Shown here: one piece after another, positions 8,750 to 16,781 of the stretch
How the letters are laid out: the number at the start of each line of letters is the position of its first letter
Numbering within the stretch: the first letter of the stretch is position 1
NCBI GenBank assembly: GCA_942492995.1
Contig: OW818653.1
Location: forward strand, 180,001 to 212,000
Origin: an uncultured Erysipelotrichaceae bacterium
GTDB taxonomy: Bacteria; Bacillota_I; Bacilli_A; Erysipelotrichales; Erysipelotrichaceae
Length of the DNA stretch: 32,000 nt
Direction of reading: 5' to 3'
Notes under the pieces: model-generated
The model's input: only the letters and a program-made list of their open reading frames with translations
Database searches by the model: none
Told to the model about the DNA's origin: nothing
Made by a program: the position numbers and the translations under genes

Positions 8750-9580
8750 ATGATTGAACTAACGGAAGCATTAGTTTTATCCCGCCAAATTAACCAATCA
8801 TGTTTAAATAAGAAAATTATAAAAGTTATAGTGAACCAGAATCCACATAAATGGGCTTGGTTTAATGGTGATCCTATCCTATATGAATCGATGTTAGTTA
8901 ATCGTTCTTTTAAGTATGCTAAATCGTATGGAGGTATGTTAGAAGTTGATTGTGAAGATTGTCATCTTGTTTTTACGGATGGAGTTCAGTTGAGTTTAAC
9001 AACATCGTTAAATGATGATTTAAAACATCAATTGTTACTTGAGTTTAATGATCATAGTTATTTCATTGTTTCTGTACGTATGTATGGCGGTATATGGTGT
9101 TATACCGATGTCTTTGATAATCCTTATTATTTTATTGCGAAGAAAAAGCCAAGTATATTTAGCGAAAGTTTTACGTTAGATTATTTTGTAAAACTAGTTA
9201 GTGAAAATAACGAAGGTTTAAGTTTAAAAGCATTCTTGGCAACTGAACAACGTATTCCTGGTTTTGGGAATGGGTTATGTCAAGATGTTTTATGGAAAGC
9301 GCATTTACATCCCAAGACAAAATTAAGACAGTTATCATCAGTTCAAATAAAAAATCTATATGATTCCTTGAAAAATATCACAGAAGAAATCGTTAAACTT
9401 GGTGGTAGAGATACAGAACGTGATTTGTTTGGTGATAAGGGCGGCTATATTACGAGTATGAGTCAATCGGGGATTAAGGATGGATGTCCTGAATGTGGTT
9501 CATCAATTATAAAAGAGAATTATTTAGGAGGTAGTATTTACTATTGTCCTAAATGTCAGATAAGAACAGAAGCGAAATAG
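8750..9580 (+). CDS. Fpg/Nei-family (formamidopyrimidine-DNA glycosylase / endonuclease VIII-like) protein lacking the N-terminal catalytic proline
   Basis: An H2TH-like block IPGFGNGLCQDVLWKAHLHPKTKLRQLS is present. The C-terminal zinc finger is CPEC-x16-CPKC. The N-terminus is MIELTEA versus the canonical MPELPEV. A GAGGG SD lies 6 nt upstream of the ATG. Confidence 0.7.
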   Translation: MIELTEALVLSRQINQSCLNKKIIKVIVNQNPHKWAWFNGDPILYESMLVNRSFKYAKSYGGMLEVDCEDCHLVFTDGVQLSLTTSLNDDLKHQLLLEFNDHSYFIVSVRMYGGIWCYTDVFDNPYYFIAKKKPSIFSESFTLDYFVKLVSENNEGLSLKAFLATEQRIPGFGNGLCQDVLWKAHLHPKTKLRQLSSVQIKNLYDSLKNITEEIVKLGGRDTERDLFGDKGGYITSMSQSGIKDGCPECGSSIIKENYLGGSIYYCPKCQIRTEAK

Positions 9581-9615
9581 AAGTAATTCTCATCATAATT
9601 TAATATAATAGCACT

Positions 9616-10830
9616 ATGAAAAATTGGAAGAAAAACATAGCGTATTTTATTGGTGGTCAAAGTATTTCGCTTTTTGGGTCCATGTTAGTTCAATACGCTA
9701 TTATGTGGCATATTACCTTAACAACAAAATCTGGCTTGATTATGACATTGTCTATTCTAGCTGGTTTTATCCCGAGTTTATTTTTAAGTCCGTTTGCAGG
9801 AGTTTGGGTCGATCGTTTTAATCGTAAGAAGATTATTGTTTTAGCGGATACATCAATCGCTATTATTACGTTATTTGCAGCTTTAGCATTCTATTTTGGA
9901 TATGGTTCAGTCACATTATTGTTAATCATATCGGCATTTAGATCACTTGGTAATGCGGTTCATACACCAGCTGTACAATCATTTATACCAGAATTGATTC
10001 CAGAAGATAAACTAATGAAAGTACAGGGTGTTAATAACGGTATTCAATCATCCATGATGATAATATCTCCTGTATTGAGTGCAGCTTTACTTGCGACAGT
10101 TCCGTTATTTACAATATTCTTTATTGATGCGATTACCGCGGTGTTAGGAATTTTAACATTAATCTTTAAAGTTAAGCATGTTCAACTAACCCCAAAACAT
10201 GAGGGTAAAGTTGAGTACTTTAATGATATAAAGATGGGAATTGATTATATTAAGCAACATCATTTTTTGATTCCATTCTTTACCTTTACAGCACTTGTAT
10301 TATTCTTTGTAGCCCCAATGGCATTTCTGTCACCCCTTCAAACAGTGTTTAATTTTGGACCTGATGAATGGCGTTTATCGATGATTGAAGTTGCGTTTGC
10401 GTCCGGAATGATGCTTGGAGGTTTCAGTATCGCAATGTGGGAAGGTTTAAAGAATCGAATTCATACCATGGCTGTATCATTGGTTGTGATGGGAATCGCA
10501 TCGATTGCGTTATCGTTAACGCTTAACTTTGCGTACTACTTACTCGCGATGTTTCTAATTGGATTAAGTCTTCCATATTATAATTCTCCAGCTTATGTCA
10601 TGATTCAAGAAAAAGTTGAACCAGAATATCTTGGACGTGTATTTAGTGTAATGGGTATGATATCGAGTTCTATGATGCCAATTGGTATGTTAGTATTTGG
10701 ACCTTTAGCTGATGTTTGGGATATCGATTATATAATAATCTTCTCAGGTATTATGATGATAATAATTACGGTTGGTTTATTGTTTAATAAATCGTTGATA
10801 TATGCTGGACAAAAAAAGGTGGATGCTTAG
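9616..10830 (+). CDS. MFS transporter (12-TM, efflux-type)
   Basis: It has about 12 hydrophobic segments and a DRFNRKK motif in loop 2-3, typical of MFS. There is no SD; a TATAAT sits 6 nt upstream of the ATG. Confidence 0.8.
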   Translation: MKNWKKNIAYFIGGQSISLFGSMLVQYAIMWHITLTTKSGLIMTLSILAGFIPSLFLSPFAGVWVDRFNRKKIIVLADTSIAIITLFAALAFYFGYGSVTLLLIISAFRSLGNAVHTPAVQSFIPELIPEDKLMKVQGVNNGIQSSMMIISPVLSAALLATVPLFTIFFIDAITAVLGILTLIFKVKHVQLTPKHEGKVEYFNDIKMGIDYIKQHHFLIPFFTFTALVLFFVAPMAFLSPLQTVFNFGPDEWRLSMIEVAFASGMMLGGFSIAMWEGLKNRIHTMAVSLVVMGIASIALSLTLNFAYYLLAMFLIGLSLPYYNSPAYVMIQEKVEPEYLGRVFSVMGMISSSMMPIGMLVFGPLADVWDIDYIIIFSGIMMIIITVGLLFNKSLIYAGQKKVDA

Positions 10831-10842
10831 GCATCCATTTTT
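10811..10842. terminator. bidirectional terminator shared by the two convergent MFS genes
   Basis: AAAAAAAgg-TGGATGC-ttag-GCATCCA-TTTTTATT. The stop codons of both genes (TAG 10828-10830 on plus, TAA 10829-10827 on minus) lie in the 4-nt loop. Confidence 0.7.
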
Positions 10843-11996
10843 ATTGGGGTTAATCGATTATAGATCTCACTAATGATTAACATTAATGTTAATAACATAA
10901 GAATAATAGGGAAGAGAATAGAAATTGTGAATGATGAGAATAAGTAGCCAAGACTTGTTGATACGAGCGTTCCACCTACATATGCAATCCCAACCTGATA
11001 ACTGATTAAGAAATTCGCTTGGGCTGAATTAAAGCGTCGTGGTGTTTCGTGCATCATAGAAGGGTATAAAGGTGCTAGACCTAAACCGATTAAGATTAAC
11101 CCAATTCTTACAAATAGAGGTTCCTTGAATATGAATAATACTAAACCACCGAATGTTGCTAGAGATAGACCTAAACGTATCATCCATCGATTACCTAAAC
11201 GATTTGAAATTATGCCTGATAAGAATCTTCCAGACATTATTGCGCCATAATAACTTGCGACATAGAAACCTGATGTAGAAGGGAATAAGTTAAGTACTTC
11301 GATTAAATATGAGTTAGACCATAAACCAATGCTTAGTTCAATTCCAGAGTATAAAAAGAATAGTGCCATGCCAAATAACATTCTTGGTTCAAATTTTGCG
11401 TTTGTTTTATGATGAGTTGTACTGATTTGATCTTTTAACCAGAAACCTAAACTTAGGAATAGGATAAATGAAATAATGTATTGAAGTGAACTCAAACTTA
11501 TATATGCGATAGACCAATTATAATTAAGTCGTAAAACACTTGTCATTATTGTAGGACCTAATGTAGCACCTACACCCCAACATCCATGAAGCCATGTCAT
11601 ATGACGAGATGTATAATGTTTAGCAACATACGTATTAAGCAATGAATCGACAGCACCTTGTCCAAGTCCTAGACCAATACTAAAGAAAACTAACATTGTA
11701 TAGTTTTTACTAAACGCAATTCCTAATAAAGAACTAGCGGTTAGAAGTGCACTTAGAAAAGTAACTTTTCCAATGCCAAGTTTATCAGATAATTTATGGC
11801 TATAAATACTTGAAAAAGCGGAAAGTGGTAATGTGATTAGGATGATTAATCCAGCTGCTTCTATCGGTTGATTAAAGTCTAGACGCATTAATGGCCAACT
11901 AATACCGAGTGCACCATCTGGTAATCCTAGACTAATAAACGATAGATAGATAATGGATAATAGTATTCTTTGACGAGTGATGTTAGATAGTTTCAT
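10827..11996 (-). CDS. MFS transporter
   Basis: It is polytopic with about 12 TM segments. I prefer ATG 11996 (MKLSNITRQR...) because the track start, TTG 12026, falls inside the spacer of a TTGCAA-17-TATTCT promoter candidate (12036-12008). The start is uncertain by 10 codons. Confidence 0.7.
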   Translation of the reverse strand: MKLSNITRQRILLSIIYLSFISLGLPDGALGISWPLMRLDFNQPIEAAGLIILITLPLSAFSSIYSHKLSDKLGIGKVTFLSALLTASSLLGIAFSKNYTMLVFFSIGLGLGQGAVDSLLNTYVAKHYTSRHMTWLHGCWGVGATLGPTIMTSVLRLNYNWSIAYISLSSLQYIISFILFLSLGFWLKDQISTTHHKTNAKFEPRMLFGMALFFLYSGIELSIGLWSNSYLIEVLNLFPSTSGFYVASYYGAIMSGRFLSGIISNRLGNRWMIRLGLSLATFGGLVLFIFKEPLFVRIGLILIGLGLAPLYPSMMHETPRRFNSAQANFLISYQVGIAYVGGTLVSTSLGYLFSSFTISILFPIILMLLTLMLIISEIYNRLTPIKMDA

Positions 11997-12077
11997 AAGG
12001 TTACTCTTATAAGAATAGATAATCAAACAAGATTTTGCAAGGTCATTAAGGTATAATAAATTTCTATGGAGGATACT

Positions 12078-12413
12078 ATGAAATTAGCGATTGCGAAAAA
12101 TAACGAATTTGTACATGAATTCTTTGGATCATGTAATGATTTTATGCTTGTGGAAATTGTGGATGGGGAAGTTAAGTCAAAAGAATATATCTTCAATGAT
12201 ACTGATACACATAAATTAAGACCAGCTTATTTAAAGAGCTTAGGGGTTAATGCCTTAGTTATTAAAGGATTAGGATTAACTGCATATGACTTATTACATG
12301 AAAATGGTATTGAGGTTTATACAAGTGAACCAATATTATTAGAAGATGCGTTAAACTTATACTTAAAAAATGAATTAAAATTAATGGATATCCCTGGCGG
12401 AGCACATTGTTAA
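12078..12413 (+). CDS. NifB/NifX-family (dinitrogenase Fe-Mo cofactor-binding fold) small protein
   Basis: MKLAIAKNN...FGSCNDFMLVEI...GVNALVIKGLGLTAYDLLHENGIEVY is typical of the NifX/NifB C-terminal-like fold. GGAGGA lies 4-5 nt upstream of ATG 12078, while the track ATG 12066 overlaps the SD. Confidence 0.65.
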   Translation: MKLAIAKNNEFVHEFFGSCNDFMLVEIVDGEVKSKEYIFNDTDTHKLRPAYLKSLGVNALVIKGLGLTAYDLLHENGIEVYTSEPILLEDALNLYLKNELKLMDIPGGAHC

Positions 12414-12417
12414 AAGA

Positions 12418-12447
12418 AAACCCACAATTTATTTGTGGGTTTATTTT
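12418..12447. terminator. bidirectional terminator between the NifX-like and PBP genes
   Basis: AAACCCACAA-tttat-TTGTGGGTTT is a 10-bp perfect stem, flanked by an A-rich 5' side and a T-rich 3' side. Confidence 0.75.
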
Positions 12448-14920
12448 ATTCTTCTATTTTTGGATTTGTGATTGCGATACTAACAGTCGCAGAGTTTGAT
12501 ACTCCACCATTATTCACTTTGAATGTAAAATTATCATTCTCAGAATCACCTGAATGCGTATATTGGAAGAAACCGGTATAAGGGTCGAATATATCTAGAC
12601 TACCATGGCTCGGACCAGATACAAGTTCATACATTAAGTAACCATTGTAAGGATCATACCCAACCAATTGTCCACTTACTACACTTCCATTAGCGATAGC
12701 GAAGGGTTGTGAAATTGCGATTGGATAACTTGCTTCAGATAATCCTGCATATTCTTTCTTTATTAAGCCAGACGCTATTAAGGAAGAATTAGCGTATGGA
12801 CTAGGTGCGACATAAGGGAATACATTTCTAACAATCGTTACATCTACGACACCATCTGGGCGTGAAATATTAGTTGGATTTGCACGATCTTCGTAAAGTG
12901 AGTTTAGAATAGAGTTATTAATCTTACCTGGTAAGTTCATATTGATTACAGATTGTGTAATATGAGAAATTTGATTTGCCTCGGCTTTATCATAACCAAC
13001 CCAAACTGCAGTAGTAAATTCACTTGTTCCAGCAATCATCCATTTATCTTTAGCGGAACCAGCTGGTATACCATATTCGACACCGGTTTCACCCCAATCT
13101 GAAGTTCCAGTTTTTGCGTATACTTCATAACCACGTTGTAAGATTTGCATAAAGTTACGATATGGACCAGATACATTCTGAGCCATCATAGCGGAAGTCA
13201 TGTATGCAGCATCTTCTGATAATACTTCTTTTGAGGTATATTCTGGAACGATATCATCAGATCCATCGATAAATTCAATTTTTAATACTGTATGTGGAGT
13301 AGTATATTCACCTTTACTTAGCATTGCACTATATGCACCTGCCATTTGAAGAGGTGAAGCGGTGAAATTGGATCCACCAATACCAAATCCTAAGTCAAAG
13401 TTATTATTATTTACATTATCGAATCCAAGATTATTTAAATATGTAACAACCTTTGCGATTCCCATTTCATTAACAACAGCTCCCATTGTTTCAATGGCTG
13501 GAATATTAAGCGATACACCAATTGCATAATCGATTGTCACATTTCCACGATAGACACTATCGAAGTTTTTAATAACAACATCTTTTACACCAGCATAACG
13601 AATAGGTTTATCTTCTAATGTATGTGCAGTTGACCAACCTAATTCTTCAAATGCTAATGGATAGGTTAATATAAGTTTTGCGGAAGAACCTGGCTGACGT
13701 TTCATGTCAGTAACGCGATTAAATAAGCGCTCACCTTCATAGAATCGGCCGCCACCAATCGCAAGAATTTGCCCAGTTTTATTATCGATTGTGACCATTG
13801 CGGTTTGGATAATATCATTTGGCCATAAGACGTTGGTGTCTTCACCATTTTGGATTTGTTCAAATTTGTTTTGAAGTTTAGAATCCATTGCCGTATATAT
13901 ACGCATTGGTACCATTACAGGATCTTGGCCTGTTAATGCGATAACTTCATCCACAACCGCATCCACATAGGCTTGATGAGCGATATTTGCGGAATTAGAA
14001 CTCAACTCTCCAACGAGTAAATTTTCGAGTGGAACAGATTTAGCCAATTCAGCTTCGGATTTTGTGATATATCCGTGATATACCATTAAATCTAAAACAG
14101 TATGCGCACGTTTTTCAGATAATTCTAAGTTGTTGATTGGACTGTATAAGTTAGGCGCATTAATAACACCAGCTAAAACAGCTGCTTCCAATAAACTTAC
14201 TTCACTGATATCTTTGCCAAAGTAATATTGTGCAGCAGTTTGAATACCACGTCTATTCTTCGGAACACCATAATTTATTTTATTAAGATAGAACGTTAAT
14301 ATTTCTTTTTTACTTATTACATTTTCTGCTTGAAGCGCAACTTTGATTTCTTGGATTTTACGATTAACACCTGCTAATCCAGATCGGACTGCAGTTGCTT
14401 CTTCTGTTTCAAAATAAGTTCCTTTAACAAGTTGCATCGTAAAGGTCGAACCACCTTGTGAGAAACTCAAAGTTTTTAAGTTCTCAAAGATTGCCTTTGT
14501 AAATCGTGGAATATCAAAACCATTATGCTCAAAGAAGCGTGAATCCTCAATTGCGACAAACGCATCAATAACACTTTGAGGTAAATCATCATATTCAATG
14601 TTCTCACGAATTTGTAAACCTATATTCGCGATAATATTTCCTTCTGAATCATAGATTTTTGAACTTTGCGCTGCAGTGAAATCGTCTGGATTTAACTCAG
14701 GAGACTGATTAGCGATGTTTTGTATATAAGTTACGCTAATCGCACCACCAATTATACTTAAAATCATTAAGGCAACGATTGTCCAAGTCGCAATAATCCT
14801 AGCTTTTCTATGCTTCATTTCTTTTGGGAAACTATCCTTATAGTATTTAATCCATTTTGTTTTCATCTTGGAAAAAACGCTTAATTTTTTAGTTTCTATG
14901 GGTTTTTTGTTTTCTGACAT
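12446..14920 (-). CDS. class A penicillin-binding protein (PBP1A-type glycosyltransferase/transpeptidase) with a C-terminal Ig/cadherin-like domain
   Basis: GT51 motifs are EDSRFFEHNGFD, GGSTFTMQLVK and RKIQEIK. Transpeptidase motifs are SSAK (SxxK), SLN (SxN) and KTGT. It has an N-terminal TM anchor and an AGGAG SD. Confidence 0.9.
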   Translation of the reverse strand: MSENKKPIETKKLSVFSKMKTKWIKYYKDSFPKEMKHRKARIIATWTIVALMILSIIGGAISVTYIQNIANQSPELNPDDFTAAQSSKIYDSEGNIIANIGLQIRENIEYDDLPQSVIDAFVAIEDSRFFEHNGFDIPRFTKAIFENLKTLSFSQGGSTFTMQLVKGTYFETEEATAVRSGLAGVNRKIQEIKVALQAENVISKKEILTFYLNKINYGVPKNRRGIQTAAQYYFGKDISEVSLLEAAVLAGVINAPNLYSPINNLELSEKRAHTVLDLMVYHGYITKSEAELAKSVPLENLLVGELSSNSANIAHQAYVDAVVDEVIALTGQDPVMVPMRIYTAMDSKLQNKFEQIQNGEDTNVLWPNDIIQTAMVTIDNKTGQILAIGGGRFYEGERLFNRVTDMKRQPGSSAKLILTYPLAFEELGWSTAHTLEDKPIRYAGVKDVVIKNFDSVYRGNVTIDYAIGVSLNIPAIETMGAVVNEMGIAKVVTYLNNLGFDNVNNNNFDLGFGIGGSNFTASPLQMAGAYSAMLSKGEYTTPHTVLKIEFIDGSDDIVPEYTSKEVLSEDAAYMTSAMMAQNVSGPYRNFMQILQRGYEVYAKTGTSDWGETGVEYGIPAGSAKDKWMIAGTSEFTTAVWVGYDKAEANQISHITQSVINMNLPGKINNSILNSLYEDRANPTNISRPDGVVDVTIVRNVFPYVAPSPYANSSLIASGLIKKEYAGLSEASYPIAISQPFAIANGSVVSGQLVGYDPYNGYLMYELVSGPSHGSLDIFDPYTGFFQYTHSGDSENDNFTFKVNNGGVSNSATVSIAITNPKIEE

Positions 14921-14953
14921 AAGCTCCTATCAACTTTATGATAACTGTAATCA

Positions 14954-14991
14954 CGTTAATTATAATATCACATCCGTTAAAGAATCGTTAA
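14954..14991 (-). promoter_or_regulatory. three phased TTAACG direct repeats around the -10 box upstream of the PBP gene
   Basis: The minus strand reads TTAACG-attct-TTAACG-gatgtgatat-TATAAT-TAACG. On the plus strand the repeats appear as CGTTAA at 14954, 14975 and 14986, a spacing of 21 and 11 bp. TATAAT is at 14964-14959. Confidence 0.45.
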
Positions 14992-14992
14992 T

Positions 14993-15520
14993 TTATAGGT
15001 TGATATACTCACATTCAACGCAATTTTTGAGTTGTACAGTACTAATTTGCTTTAAAGGAGTCGATTTAATTGATTTCGCAAAAAGTGGGATTCCATCACT
15101 TAATAGTGTAGGAATTATTGTAATTATGTATCGATCAATCAATTTTGCTTGCATGCATTGTTCAATAATTTTAGATCCACCTACTAACCAAATGTTTTTT
15201 TGAGATGATTGTTTCAATGAATTTATAAGCTCAGTTAGATCTCCTTGAACAAAATGCACACCATACGGATTGGTTAATTCTCGATGCGTCACAACATAGA
15301 CGTTTTGATTAGAATATGGCCAATTATCAACCGATAATTCTTCAATAACTTGGCGATATGTAGAGTATCCCATTACGATTGTATCTACGGTATCTATAAA
15401 TTTATTATAACGTTCTGCAGTACTTTCATCATCGAATAAAAGTAACCAATCAATTGATTCATCGGTTCTTGCGATATAGCCATCTAGACTCTGCGCAATA
15501 TATAGAACAAGTTCTTTCAT
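14993..15520 (-). CDS. dihydrofolate reductase-family protein (RibD C-terminal domain type)
   Basis: MKELVLYIAQSLDGYIARTDESIDWL and WLVGGSKIIEQ are typical of RibD_C/DHFR-like reductases. Confidence 0.75.
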   Translation of the reverse strand: MKELVLYIAQSLDGYIARTDESIDWLLLFDDESTAERYNKFIDTVDTIVMGYSTYRQVIEELSVDNWPYSNQNVYVVTHRELTNPYGVHFVQGDLTELINSLKQSSQKNIWLVGGSKIIEQCMQAKLIDRYIITIIPTLLSDGIPLFAKSIKSTPLKQISTVQLKNCVECEYINL

Positions 15521-15529
15521 TTTATCTCC

Positions 15530-15877
15530 TTAGATTTTTATTTTTAAAAGTGTCAATATCTGATAATACAATCCATATGTTATTAATAGAATTAGACTAG
15601 ATAATAAAATTGCTGGATAAAAGTTTATGCGTTTGAGTAATATTGGTAGTACTAGAAAGAATATTAGCGAAGGGAATATCATCAAGAATATAGAATTGGA
15701 CAGAGTGATAACTTTTTGCGTATCTTGAGTCTCTTGGTAGAGCCAAATCATCGCAATTAATGAAGTTAATGGAATAGAAGCGATTAAACCACCAATTCCG
15801 GGATATTTCTTACTTATGGTTGATATTATCGCGATGATAACTGCAGATATTAGTGTTTTTGTGATGAATTGCGTCAT
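15530..15877 (-). CDS. small 4-TM membrane protein, DUF3147-like
   Basis: At 115 aa it has four hydrophobic segments. IASIPLTSLIAMIWLYQETQDTQKV resembles the DUF3147 family from memory. Its start overlaps the kinase stop (ATGA). Confidence 0.6.
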   Translation of the reverse strand: MTQFITKTLISAVIIAIISTISKKYPGIGGLIASIPLTSLIAMIWLYQETQDTQKVITLSNSIFLMIFPSLIFFLVLPILLKRINFYPAILLSSLILLITYGLYYQILTLLKIKI

Positions 15878-16728
15878 ATGTCCTCCTTAAATATTTCGTT
15901 TATTGTATAAATAGCGTCGTCTCTTCGTGTTGAATCATGTAAAGATATGAGTGCTTTCCATAATGCCCAAGCACGAGCTCGATATAGTGTATCTTTATCA
16001 AGCTGTAGTGAATTTATAAACGTCTGACGAGAAATATGATCAAAGTATGTCCATGCCATGACATAATCGCATGACGGATCTCCAACCGCCATATTCCCAA
16101 AATCAATAACTGCACTCAATTTTCCATCTTTAATTAGTAAGTTTCCTACTGCTACATCTCCATGTATCCAAACTGCTTTTTTATTAAATATTGAATTTAC
16201 ACCTAATAACCAATATTCTAAGCATTTATTTTTATCGAATAAGTCTTGATTATCAATCGCTTTAAGTGTTTCTTCGTGATAAACAGATAAATCACCACCA
16301 CGATAAAAATTATGTAATCCTGGCGTTGGTCCATTATCAGTTTCACAGTTTTGTAGATTGATTAAGAAACATGCAAGGTCATTAGCGAGTTGAGCTTTAT
16401 TATCAATATTTGCCTGAGTTACAACTTCACCTTCAATCCATCGATTGATAGAGAAATGATAGGGGAAAAGATCGGATGGATGTCCTAAAGCGATAGGTTG
16501 AGTAATTTGAAAAGGTATTTGTTTTTGAAGTTTTGCGCAAAATGTATGTTCTTTTATAACTTGAGTTGAATAGTTAATGTGACTGGGAAAACGCAATGAA
16601 AAATCATTCCCTAAATGAAATGTTTGATTATCGTGTCCACTTAATTTAACTTTCTTGATTACTAAATCCTTATATTTGGGGAATTGGTCTTCAATGATTG
16701 AATAGATTGTGTTTATTTCTATCTGCAT
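15874..16728 (-). CDS. aminoglycoside/small-molecule phosphotransferase (APH-fold kinase)
   Basis: The catalytic loop is IHGDVAVGNLL and the metal-binding segment is VIDFGNMAVGDPSCDY. Confidence 0.8.
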   Translation of the reverse strand: MQIEINTIYSIIEDQFPKYKDLVIKKVKLSGHDNQTFHLGNDFSLRFPSHINYSTQVIKEHTFCAKLQKQIPFQITQPIALGHPSDLFPYHFSINRWIEGEVVTQANIDNKAQLANDLACFLINLQNCETDNGPTPGLHNFYRGGDLSVYHEETLKAIDNQDLFDKNKCLEYWLLGVNSIFNKKAVWIHGDVAVGNLLIKDGKLSAVIDFGNMAVGDPSCDYVMAWTYFDHISRQTFINSLQLDKDTLYRARAWALWKALISLHDSTRRDDAIYTINEIFKEDI

Positions 16729-16734
16729 ACCATT

Positions 16735-16763
16735 ATTATGGATAGAATAATATGATTTCTCAA
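16735..16763 (-). promoter_or_regulatory. sigma-A-type promoter placed for a leaderless transcript of the 284-aa kinase gene
   Basis: The minus strand reads TTGAGA (16763-16758), a 17-nt spacer, CATAAT (16740-16735), 6 nt, then ATG (16728). There is no SD. Confidence 0.5.
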
Positions 16764-16781
16764 GTTATATAATTCCTAAAT

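Noticed and set aside
12078-12413. A NifX/NifB-like gene as a hint of nitrogen fixation.
   Set aside because: No nif structural or maturation genes are nearby. Orphan NifX-fold small proteins are widespread in anaerobes, so this is not evidence for a nitrogenase system.
14868-15203. A 111-aa plus-strand ORF spanning the PBP start, the intergenic region and the 3' end of the DHFR-like gene.
   Set aside because: It overlaps two well-supported minus-strand genes and their promoter region. It has no SD and no motifs.
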